Below are positions 28,909 to 37,359 of a DNA stretch of 37,359 nt, one piece after another. Source of the stretch: Natrialbaceae archaeon (GTDB lineage Archaea > Halobacteriota > Halobacteria > Halobacteriales > Natrialbaceae); NCBI GenBank assembly GCA_034521555.1, contig JAXHMI010000002.1, forward strand, positions 1-37,359, given 5' to 3'. Below the pieces are notes generated by a model that saw only the letters and a list, made by a program, of their open reading frames with translations, was not told the DNA's origin and searched no databases. Position 1 is the first letter of the stretch; every line of letters begins with the position of its first letter. A program made the position numbers and the translations under genes.

Positions 28909-29055
28909 ATGCCAACCTGTCGCGGCTGTGGCCAGAGGGTTCCGACCGACGCACTCGACCGCCATCAAGATGGCGCCGTCCTCCGGGTGACCTGCCCTCA
29001 CTGCGGAGCCCTGATGGGTGTCTACCGGGAGCTGGGCCGGCATTCGACGCCGTGA
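28909..29055 (+). CDS. Small (48 aa) CxxC...CxxC zinc-ribbon protein.
   Basis: MPTCRGCGQRVPTDALDRHQDGAVLRVTCPHCGALMGVYRELGRHSTP, preceded by an AT-richer stretch (tttttgctgtatacgatgg). Confidence 0.45.
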   Translation: MPTCRGCGQRVPTDALDRHQDGAVLRVTCPHCGALMGVYRELGRHSTP

Positions 29056-29141
29056 CCTTATACAGCTAGAACAAAATTGATTATTCCTATCCACATATAG
29101 GGAAGTTTTACCATGATCGTTCGGCCGTGTGTACCATACAC

Positions 29142-29415
29142 ATGAGTACGACAGACGATCTGACCGTTGGCGACGAGCGACTCACGGACAGCGAGTACCG
29201 CGCCCGCCTCAGCGAGTTGCCGCCAAGCGCGAAACTGGTTGCAAAGGTCCTCGAGACGGACTCGCCCCTCTCTCAGAGTGAACTCGTCGAGGAGACGCTG
29301 CTGCCCGATGCGGACGGTCCGGTACGCCCTCAACCGGCTCGAGGCCGTCGATCTGACCGATTCGCGATACAGCTTTCGGGACGCCCGCAAACAGGTCTAC
29401 GCGCTCCGGTACTGA
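29142..29415 (+). pseudogene. Small (~91 aa) winged-helix DNA-binding protein. One frameshift near 29300.
   Basis: MSTTDDLTVGDERLTDSEYRARLSELPPSAKLVAKVLETDSPLSQSELVEETLLP then ..RTVRYALNRLEAVDLTDSRYSFRDARKQVYALRY. TATA-like ACATATAG at 29093-29100. Palindrome TGTGTACCATACACA at 29128-29142 touches the ATG. Confidence 0.5.
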
Positions 29416-29445
29416 ACGGCCGCCACCACCATAGCCTTCTATCGC

Positions 29446-30227
29446 GTGGACAGTGTATGGATGTCGAGCGGATTCGCCATCGATGTCGGGGGATCGGTTC
29501 CGGGTGGGACCACCAACGCCTACGTGCTGGGGAGCGATCCGGCCATCCTGATCGATCCGGGTGCGCCATCAGAGGACCTGAATCGAGCAGTGGCCGACCG
29601 ACAGGTTGAACACATCTTTCTGACCCACACACATCCGGACCACGTCGGGGGGCTACAGGCCTACGCAAACGGACGGACAGTCTGGGCGAGACGAGGGACT
29701 GGGGACGCCCTCGAGACGGCGACCGGTGTCGTTCCAGACCAGCACTACCGCCCCGGACAGACACTCTCACTTGGGTCGACTCCGGTGGCCATCATCGACA
29801 CCCCGGGCCACACTCCGACCCACGTCGCCTTCGCCGTGGACGGCGCCATCGCCTGCGGTGACACGGCCATCAAATTCGGTAGCATCGTCGTCGCCAGTCC
29901 CCATGGCGATATGCGCGCGTATCTCAGCACCCTTCGGCGGCTCCTGGCCCAGGATGCCGATCAGCTCCTCCCGGGTCACGGCCCGGTGATCGAACAGCCC
30001 GGTGAGACGCTCCGGCGCCTGATCGACCATCGACTCGAGCGGGAGGCCCGCGTCGAGGAGGCTGTCAGCTCCGGGCCGCCACGCCCTCGTCGATTTGCGA
30101 TGTGGCCTATGACAAGGACCTCACCGGGGTGCGGGCGATGGCCGAGGCGACGGTCGTGGCCCATCTCGAGAAACTTGCCGTCGAGGGGGCTCTCGAGTGG
30201 GATGGAAGCAACGCGAGTCCCCGCTAA
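29446..30227 (+). pseudogene. MBL-fold metallo-hydrolase (glyoxalase II-like). One frameshift near the 3' end.
   Basis: HTHPDH (HxHxDH) at LTHTHPDHVGGL. IIDTPGHTPTHVAFAV. LLPGHG. The tail continues in another frame to ...VVAHLEKLAVEGALEWDGSNASPR. Confidence 0.8.
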
Positions 30228-30265
30228 GGCGGTGGGCTTTTGCACGATAGGGGCCTTCCTCCGCC

Positions 30266-30931
30266 GTGGCTCCTGACGAGACGTCACTCGAGGCTGCCCT
30301 TGAGCGTGCCCGGACCCTGGAGGTCAGCCGGCTGGCCGATCGGGTCCAGGCAATCGGGTTCGAGTGTACGCGCTGTGGTGCCTGCTGTCGCGGCGAGCGC
30401 GAGGACCCACACACGGCGACCGTCTATCCGGATGAGGTGCGGGAGCTTCAGACGGCAGCCGTCGGGGCAACTGAGTGGCGGGATGTGGCCCGGCCGATGC
30501 CATACGGCCTCGACGAATCAGGGGCTGGGGCGACACTCGAGTGGGCAATTCAGACCGATCAATGTGGGGACTGTGTCTTCCACGACGAGACGGGGGGCCA
30601 GAGCAGGTGTACTGCTCACGATGCGCGACCGATGATCTGTCAGACCTACCCGTTCAGCCTCGATCTCGAGGGCACCGCCCAGCCCGCCGGTGAGCCAATC
30701 GACCGCACCGGCCAGGTTGTCGTTCACGAGTGTGAGGGCCTGGGGCAGGACATGTCCCGAGACGAGGCCGAATCGATGGCTCGATCACTGAAGCAGCGGG
30801 CAATCCGAGACCTTGAGGAGGCGATCGCCCTGCTCGAGGAGTACGAGCCGGTCGATGTCTCTCCCGGAACAGCTGTCGTTCACGACTCAGAAGGGGTCAA
30901 ACGGCCCGACGGCTCCCGGTTCGAGGAGTAA
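30266..30931 (+). CDS. YkgJ-family (UPF0153) cysteine-cluster protein, a putative Fe-S/Zn-binding protein. GTG start.
   Basis: Intact ORF with CTRCGACC near the N-terminus and QCGDCVFHDE...RCTAHDARPMICQTYPF later, the typical YkgJ CxxCxxCC pattern. Confidence 0.75.
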   Translation: MAPDETSLEAALERARTLEVSRLADRVQAIGFECTRCGACCRGEREDPHTATVYPDEVRELQTAAVGATEWRDVARPMPYGLDESGAGATLEWAIQTDQCGDCVFHDETGGQSRCTAHDARPMICQTYPFSLDLEGTAQPAGEPIDRTGQVVVHECEGLGQDMSRDEAESMARSLKQRAIRDLEEAIALLEEYEPVDVSPGTAVVHDSEGVKRPDGSRFEE

Positions 30932-30948
30932 TCCCAGACGGGGCCGCC

Positions 30949-31353
30949 CTAGAACGTCTCCTCGATAATCTCGCCCACCGCGAAGTTCGATTTCACCTCA
31001 GAGACCTCGACCTTCACCCGCTCGCCGATCTCGGCCCCTGGACGATGATCACGTAGCCACGCTCAACCCGGGCGATCCCATCTCCTTGCTTGCCAATGTC
31101 TTCAATCTCGACGTAGCGCGTCTCGCCGACATCCACCGGTGGCTGTGGCTCATTCGGCTGGAGTCGATGGCGTCGTCGCTTCGGTCTCCGTCGCCTGCTC
31201 GTCCTCCCTGGCGATTACGGCGACGCGATAGACCTCTCCCGGCTCGACGTCACCGGTCTCGATTTCGTGTTTTGGCACCTCGATCAGGAAACGATCCCCC
31301 TCGGACGAGACCTCCGTGCTGAACAGACACAGGAGCTTATCAGATATCTCCAC
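30949..31353 (-). pseudogene. TRAM-domain protein with an extra N-terminal ~65-aa domain. ~2 frameshifts.
   Basis: MEISDKLLCLFSTEVSSEGDRFLIEVPKHEIETGDVEPGEVYRVAVIAREDEQATETEA... then in shifted frames VDVGETRYVEIEDIGKQGDGIARVERGYVIIVQGAEIGERVKVEVSEVKSNFAVGEIIEETF (a canonical TRAM beta-barrel). Stop at 30949-30951. Confidence 0.7.
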
Positions 31354-31425
31354 AGTAGACCCTCCGGACAGACGTCGAAGGCCGTCGTAATAGTACTATC
31401 GACCGATCACGGCCATCTTGCGGCC

Positions 31426-33117
31426 TCAGCCCCCAGTTGGCCCCTTCTCGACCCGGGCGAACCGGGAGAGGTCGACCTCTGCGACGGCCGTGGCCTCCCC
31501 CAGGGTCTCGTAGGGTCCATCCACGAGCAGGTCTCCAGCTCGACGATTCCCGATCTCCGGCAGGGCCTCGAGTTCGGCCATCGACGCCGCGTTGAGATCG
31601 AGGGGATAGGGGACCCCGTGACCGACCGGAAACCGTGGTCGACGACAGCAACATCCATCGTCGATCCGAGTGGGCGCTCGCCTGGAATGCCCACCAGCAG
31701 GGGATACGTCCCGAGCTGGCGGCCGAACGTCCGACCATCCTGGTGATACTCCAGATGGACACTCTCCAGGACCGTCCCCGGCGGGGCGAGGCGCTCGAGC
31801 ATCGGTCGATCGAACGTCTCCCGGACGCGGCGCTTGTACTGCTTGAACTGTCGCTTGTGCTCCTTGGCAATACTCGCGCCGGTTTCACTCATCTCCGTGC
31901 CCGCGAAGGCCATGACCTGGCGGATGTTGACCCGGCGAACCAGCAGCCCCTCCTCGAGAACCTGATCGAGGAAGGCCCGGTTGTGCTCGTAAGTCTCCTC
32001 GCGCTCGCCCTGCAGCCCGTGGACGAGGTTGATGCCCGGGAGGAGCTTCGGGAGCCGTGGCGGGTCACCGGGTGGCCGCCAGCCCGCCTCCTCGTTGACG
32101 ATCCGGATCGCCTCGAGGCACTCATCGGCGGTGACCGCGAGGTTGTTCCGCTCCTGCACGACGGGATCGGCTGACTCGAGGCCGAAGGCTGCTGTGTCAC
32201 CCGGTGTGTTGTACTCGGCGATGGTCTGCAGACTCTCACGGGCCTGCTCCGGCCAGCCGACCACCGTCGCTGGATTCAGGTTGTCCAGATGGAGTGTCTC
32301 GAGGTCGGGTGCGACGGCCCGAATGCCGCTGTAGAGCTCGTGAAGGGCCTCCGGATTCGGCGCCTCGCCATCCCCGCCATAGGCGAGGATATCGGCCTGC
32401 CGACCGAGTCGGAAGTGCCGAACGCCGTGGTCGGCCAGCGCATCGACCTCCCCGATCACCGTCTCGGGGGGCCGAAAGGAAGGATCGCCGTACAGCGGCT
32501 CGGTACAGACTGAACACCGATATGGACAGCCCGGCCGGTCTCGAGTTCACAGATGAGGTACTGGATGCGTTCGGATGCGCCTCGACGACGAACGCTCCCT
32601 GTTCGCTCCAGCGGGTGATCTCCTCGATATCGCGCATGCGATCGCCGAAGCCCTCGAGACCCGAATCCACCAGATCAAAGGCCGCTGCCTCAACGTCCCC
32701 CTTGGCCACGAAGTCGTAGTCCAGGTCGTCACGAGCGGTCTCCATTGCGCCGGCGTTTTCCTCGCCGACGCCGAAGCGGACCGGGCCACCCAAAAGAGTC
32801 GTTCCGGTTGCAGACCAGGCGAGTCGGCGGACCTCCTCGGGGTCCGCCGGCGTCCCACCCACGATATTTTCCCGGGACAGTCATCCCACCGACGTAGACC
32901 AGTAGATCGGCAGAGTCGACATCCTGCCATCGCTGTTTTTCATTTCGGAGCGCATCGATCGTGTGGTAGGTAATCGCGGATCGCGACACCCCTGCATCCA
33001 CCAGGGCCCCCGCCACGTACCGTGGATACGTCGATATGTAGGGTGGCACCCCGAAGGGGCGGGCTCGTCGACGTAGCCATCGACGATGGTGACCTCCAGG
33101 GTGCCTGGGTCCGTCAT
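31426..33117 (-). pseudogene. Radical SAM enzyme with an N-terminal B12-binding-like Rossmann domain and a C-terminal helix-hairpin-helix (MJ_1487-like architecture). Frame broken >=4 times.
   Basis: N-terminus MTDPGTLEVTIVDGYVDEPA.FGVPPYISTYPRYVAGALVDAGV. Radical SAM CxxxCxxC GCPYRCSVCTEPLYG (around 32480-32530). Core HFRLGRQADILAYGG...LHLDNLNP...GLESADPVV...LLPGINLVHGLQGE. C-terminal HhH VPYPLDLNAASMAELEALPEIGNRRAGDLLVDGPYETLGE. Stop at 31426-31428. Confidence 0.75.
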
Positions 33118-33194
33118 TGGCCAGTGGTACCGACTCGAGGGAGAAAAAGCGACCGGCAAACGTTGAAGAGTCAGACCACCGAACTCCGGCGGGT

Positions 33195-33355
33195 ATGCCA
33201 CCCACCGAGGAGATCAAGTGCACGAACGACGCGTGTTTTCTGGATATGTTCGAGAATCACTACACCTACGATGTCCCTGATGACCACACCGTCTCGGATA
33301 TGATCTGTCCGGTGTGTGGGGATGACGGAGCCTCTCGAGCTCATCGAGCTTTAGT
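33195..33355 (+). pseudogene. Small (~50 aa) zinc-finger protein (C-x4-C ... CPxCG). The 3' end is frameshifted.
   Basis: MPPTEEIKCTNDACFLDMFENHYTYDVPDDHTVSDMICPVCG..., likely ending ...EPLELIEL in a shifted frame. Confidence 0.4.
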
Positions 33356-33414
33356 TTCACATCATCTACAATCTGAAGAACATCAAGCACCGGCGTTGTA
33401 ATCGGTCGGTACCG

Positions 33415-33909
33415 ATGACACAGCAAATGGAGGAGGTGCTCGTCGAGATGCACGGCGAGTTATCGAGAGCGACGCTGCACGACATGATCGACAATCTGGA
33501 TGCAGAGACACAGATCCACTCGTTCAAACTCGGTATCGCCACCGACGACCCAAGCCGGCTCGGTGTCGGCAATGGCCACGAACCACCGGAGACGAATGGC
33601 TCGGCATCCACGGCCAGACTGCAACTCGGCGGAGACCCGTTCGTCCTCATGCAGGTACTGGCGGAAACCGACGACTGGGTTCAGACGGCCGAGCTTAGGT
33701 CGGCAATTCCGGCGAGTGTCGATGTCAATGCCGAGTCGATTGGTGGTAACCTCTGGAGTCTCGCCGAACGCGGACTGATCGAGAAGCGCCGTTGTGAGGA
33801 AGATGGACGACGACGGGAATATCGGATGACGGATCGGGGCCAGCAGGTACTGGCAGATGCCCTCGACCGAGCAGACGGCGGTGAGACTATCGCCGCACTT
33901 GCCGACTGA
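33415..33909 (+). CDS. PadR-like winged-helix transcriptional regulator with an N-terminal extension.
   Basis: Intact 164-aa ORF. FVLMQVLAETDDWVQTAELRSAI...NLWSLAERGLIEKRRCEEDGRRREYRMTDRGQQVLADAL (wHTH with the typical KR...RR.Y.LT..G wing). Confidence 0.65.
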   Translation: MTQQMEEVLVEMHGELSRATLHDMIDNLDAETQIHSFKLGIATDDPSRLGVGNGHEPPETNGSASTARLQLGGDPFVLMQVLAETDDWVQTAELRSAIPASVDVNAESIGGNLWSLAERGLIEKRRCEEDGRRREYRMTDRGQQVLADALDRADGGETIAALAD

Positions 33910-33948
33910 TCGAGTACGTGTCCCAAACAATAATATGATCCGTGGTGT

Positions 33949-34440
33949 ATGTCACGCGGGAACATGCGTCCAGGGATGCCGACGGGCCCGGAGGGTGTCA
34001 ACTATCGTGCACTCGGCGGAATCGCCTCAGTCGTCAGCTATCGACTCTACCAGCAGGTCGGCCGCGCCCGCGGGAGCCAGCAGGAACGACAGGATCTCCC
34101 CTCCGACCTCCTTGAGGGTGAGGAGGTGTTTGTGGCCGTCTTTGATGCCCCTGGGACACGGGCTAGTGACGTTCAGGTCCGCTTCGTCGATAGTGCCATC
34201 CGGGTTCGCGTCGAACGCGCCCGGGAGTACCGCGAAGATTTTCAGCTGCGCTTTCCGGGGCGGGGAACGAGTCTCGAGGGCGAGGTCGCTCTGCCCCCGG
34301 AGGCCTCGATCGATCCCGAGGAAGGAATGGCGACGGTCACCGATGACGGCACACTCAAGATTCGGATCCCGAAAGCGCAGTGCGATCCGGCAGAACCGGT
34401 CGGGGCCACCGAGGAGCCGGTTACCCTGGATGACGACTAA
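33949..34440 (+). CDS. Hsp20/alpha-crystallin family small heat-shock protein-like.
   Basis: Intact ORF. EEVFVAVFDAPGTRASDVQVRFVDSAIRVRVER...FPGRGTSLEGEVALPPEASIDPEEGMATVTDDGTLKIRIPK (an alpha-crystallin beta-sandwich). Confidence 0.7.
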   Translation: MSRGNMRPGMPTGPEGVNYRALGGIASVVSYRLYQQVGRARGSQQERQDLPSDLLEGEEVFVAVFDAPGTRASDVQVRFVDSAIRVRVERAREYREDFQLRFPGRGTSLEGEVALPPEASIDPEEGMATVTDDGTLKIRIPKAQCDPAEPVGATEEPVTLDDD

Positions 34441-34443
34441 CGG

Positions 34444-35519
34444 TCAGAATCGCTGTGGATTGTAGGCCTCGATGGACTCACCGTCGAGAACCATCGACGC
34501 GATGTGCTCGCCGATTGCCGGAGCCAGGCGTGAATACCGTGCCCCGTCGAAGTCCCGGTCGCGAACGTAGACACCGGGTTCGAGTTCACCGACGGCCGGG
34601 GTGGTATCCGGTGTCGTGGTACACTCGCCAGTCCACGAGCGGACGGGCTCGAGAGACGCCCCCAGTCGATCACCGGCGCGACCGCAGAGTTCCTCGGGCT
34701 CGAGTGGCTTCCGACCGTCCGCGCCGATCAACACCCCTCGTTCGTGGGGGCGAAGGTAGAATGACTCATCCCTGTCGGCCAGCATCGGCTCCTCGATGGT
34801 CGTCCCCTCGGCGATTACGATGGTCGATTCATAGGTCTCGAGTGGCACCTCGAGCGACTCGAAGGCGGCGGATGTCTCGGCGCCGGCGGCAACCACCACG
34901 GCATCGACAGCCTGCTCGAAACCGTCACTGGCAACTGCTGGCCCATCTGCCCGGACGGCGACAGGCGTCTCGGTCTCGATGGTCGCGCCCGGCGCCGGTC
35001 GCCGCGGCGGCGAAGACAGGCGGTGTAGGTTACAGGCTCGGTGTAGCCTGCGGCACCGGCGATTCCGGCCACCGCAACGTCCGCAGACTCCAGGACCGGG
35101 AAGCGATCCTCGAGACCCTCGGCGTCCACCTCGAGCGCGATGACGCCATTCTCCTGCATGGTCCGGATGCCGTCAGCGATCGAGTTCGCGCGGTCCTCGC
35201 CGGCCAGCCAGACGTACGGACACTCGACGAACGGGAAGGTCTCGTCGCCGGAGAGCTGTCTGAACCGATCGATCGACTCACCGGCGATACGGGCGTCCGT
35301 CGGGTCGGGGAACGCATCGTAGCAGATGCCGGCAGCTCGTCTGGTGGCCCCGCTGGCGATTTCGGCGGCTTCGTAGAGGGTTACCGCTCGCACCACGGCG
35401 CGCGGAGATCGTAGGCGGCCGTGACGCCGATGGCCCCGCCGCCAACCACGGCAACGGTCTTGGCGCTGGCCTCCGTCGCGTCGATCGGGTTCGGCCAGCT
35501 CGTCTGGCAGCCCGCTCAT
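34444..35519 (-). pseudogene. FAD-dependent oxidoreductase (DAO/glycine oxidase-like family). Frame broken >=3 times.
   Basis: N-terminal dinucleotide fold TVAVVGGGAIGVTAAYDL...VTLYEAAEIASGATRRAAGI. Middle ...GVIALEVDAEGLEDRFPVLESADVAVAGIAGAAGYTEPVTYT. C-terminus AVDAVVVAAGAETSAAFESL...YLRPHERGVLIGADG...PDTTPAVGELEPGVYV. Confidence 0.7.
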
Positions 35520-35583
35520 CGTCCTCTCGAGCCGGGTTCGCTCATGGGCGCTTTCGGTGTCCCCGGCACTTACCATTGTACGT

Positions 35584-36171
35584 TCAGTACCGGGACTGTT
35601 CGGCGGTGATTGGTGCATCGAAATCAGTGGTGAACTCGAGCAACTGAACGAGAATGCGCCCGGTGGCTCCCCAGACGGTGTAGGGGCCCACGTGGAAGTA
35701 GTGGACGACGATATCGCCGTAGTGGGGGTGGGTGCGGCGATCGCACTCGTAGTTCTCCGGATTCGTCAGCGAGGCAACTGGCAGCATCGCGATCTCGGCT
35801 ACCTCGCGTTCGTCCGGAATGTACTCGCGGTCGGGGATCCGGGCAACGTAGGGGGTGACCGAGTACTCGGTGATAGTGCGGATGTCGTCGATCCGCCCGA
35901 CGACGGACGCTTCGTCGGCGTCGAGACCGATCTCCTCGTTGGCCTCCCGGAGGGCGGTCTCGAGTAGCGAATCGTCCTCGGGCTCGGCACCGCCGCCGGG
36001 AAAGCTCATCTGGCCGGGATGCTCTCCCAGGTGGTCGGCTCGCTTGGTAAAGAGGAGGGCGTCACCCTCGGGACGCTCGATGATGGGGGCGAGAACGGCC
36101 GCATCGAAGGGCTGGTCGTCGATCTCCGCCGGATCGTGTCGCCGGATGGGATCGACATCAAGGACGGTCAT
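35584..36171 (-). CDS. NUDIX hydrolase (CoA pyrophosphatase-like).
   Basis: Intact 195-aa ORF from MTVLDVDP. Nudix box GGGAEPEDDSLLETALREANEEIGL. Confidence 0.8.
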   Translation of the reverse strand: MTVLDVDPIRRHDPAEIDDQPFDAAVLAPIIERPEGDALLFTKRADHLGEHPGQMSFPGGGAEPEDDSLLETALREANEEIGLDADEASVVGRIDDIRTITEYSVTPYVARIPDREYIPDEREVAEIAMLPVASLTNPENYECDRRTHPHYGDIVVHYFHVGPYTVWGATGRILVQLLEFTTDFDAPITAEQSRY

Positions 36172-36247
36172 GGCGACCGGCCCGTCCAGCCAGGGTGTGC
36201 TTGCCGGCCACTCGCAATCATGACTGTCCCGACGGGGGCCGGCCAGA

Positions 36248-37359
36248 TTAATATTGTGAGCGCGTCGCCGTGGGCGCCGCACGGCGGACGATCTCCGCTG
36301 GCTCGAGATCCACCGAGGCCCAGGATGGGAGGCGACTATCGCCCGAGTTCGGCTGGATGGCATCCGCATAGCTCTCGAGTTGCTCACGTTCGGCCTCGAT
36401 CGAGTACTCAAGGCCGTTGAACCGGGCGTCGGCTGCATACTGCTCGATCAGGCGCCTGCCTGTCGTGCGGAATCGGCGCCGAAGTCGGTCGTACTCGATG
36501 GTCAGCCCGTGGTCCTCGACCAGCCTGGTTACGGCCGCGGCAACCTCGGCACTCATGCCCTCGAGGCCATCCTCGCCAGCAACGTCCCGGTGGTCGTGTT
36601 CGTGGCAGCCGAGGTCGATCTGGGCGGTCCCGGCACGGCCGACATGGCGATACGCGTCACCGAGAGAGGCGATTTCGAGTCCCCAGCCCGGCGGTGGACG
36701 CAACTGGCGCACCAGGTCGGCGGTGGCCGGCGAACTCGCCGGCCAGCGGATAGCGAAACGCCCGCAGATACGACAGCAGTGCGTGGTCGTGGTCCTCGCT
36801 GAGCGCCTCGAGCAGCGGTGCCGACTGAGGAGTCGACAAGCCGGCCGTAGAGGCGCCGTCCTCAAGCTTGCGTCAGTAGCCCTTCGAGAAGTCGTAGTCC
36901 ATCACGAGTGGGCCCGAGCAGCCGGCGAACGGTCCGCTCGTCGTAGTTGAGTGCGTCAGCATCGTGGACGACGACGTGGTCGGCCCGCTCGCAGGCCACA
37001 CCCAGGCCCAGCCAGACATCCCGCCCCTTCCTGCCGGCTTCGGGGATGGGCGTCCCCGAGAGCAGCCTCGAGAGCTCGGCGAGGAACACCACGGTGGCTG
37101 GATCTCGCCGATCGAACCCATCGAGCCGCTCGTCGCATCGGCCCGATCGGCCGCTGGCTGCGCCCGATGGGCACAACGACGGTTGCTGGATCGATCGTCG
37201 CCAGTGTGGAAAAGACCCGGGAGGCGGCCTCGGTTCCCTGCTCGTGTTCTGTCATTGGCACCACGATGGCTGACTCCGCGATCAGGGAGTCGACCTCCTC
37301 GACATCGGGCGGATCACCGAGGTCGTGGAGGGTGGTAATCGCCTCCTGCACGTACTCCA
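36248..37359 (-). pseudogene. GT-A glycosyltransferase, glucosyl-3-phosphoglycerate synthase-like (GT81/GT2). The 5' end lies outside the window. Frame broken >=3 times.
   Basis: AIVVPMTEHEQGTEAASRVFSTL (the VVIP..NE motif). ADHVVVHDADALNYDERTV (DAD motif). C-terminus YLRAFRYPLAGEFA...PGWGLEIASLGDAYRHVGRAGTAQIDLGCHEHDHRD. Confidence 0.5.

Noticed and set aside
1-37359. Search for CRISPR arrays, IS/transposase genes, integrases, rRNA
   Set aside because: No regularly spaced direct repeats, no transposase/integrase-like ORFs and no rRNA-like segments were found. The window looks like core chromosome.

Overview
High-GC (~65%) haloarchaeal chromosomal segment; the thermosome, LonB and TFB sequences look Natrialbales-like. 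It is dense with housekeeping genes. Plus strand: the ppsA 3' end, mfnA, metG, an NfeD–stomatin ORF, tfb, aroD, a HAD hydrolase, an Ogt-like gene, nadM, a SAM hydroxide adenosyltransferase, a Baeyer–Villiger monooxygenase, an amidohydrolase, an enoyl-CoA hydratase and several small Zn-ribbon/wHTH genes. Minus strand: a long run of aroB', a SprT-like gene, aroA' and trpA/trpB/trpC, then a CPBP (Abi) protease with lonB, a thermosome subunit, a GT2 + methyltransferase pair, a TRAM protein, a radical SAM enzyme, an FAD oxidoreductase, a NUDIX hydrolase and a partial GpgS-like glycosyltransferase. I found no tRNA/rRNA, CRISPR array or IS element. The dominant sequence-level observation is that many conserved, some essential, genes (metG, ppsA, mfnA, aroB', trpB, trpC, tfb, aroD, the BVMO and others) only translate by hopping between frames, while neighbours (lonB, thermosome, trpA, nadM, NfeD–stomatin) are intact. 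I read this mainly as indel error in the assembly rather than mass pseudogenisation. All coordinates of frame-stitched genes are therefore approximate. The more interesting biology is: an apparent NfeD–stomatin fusion; a GTAC-rich palindromic operator candidate on the trpCBA promoter; an Ogt homologue whose catalytic Cys reads as Asp; a B12-like radical SAM/HhH enzyme followed by a stand-alone TRAM protein; a BVMO / Amidohydro_2 / enoyl-CoA hydratase catabolic trio; a SprT-like metalloprotease; and several palindromic or repeated intergenic motifs.
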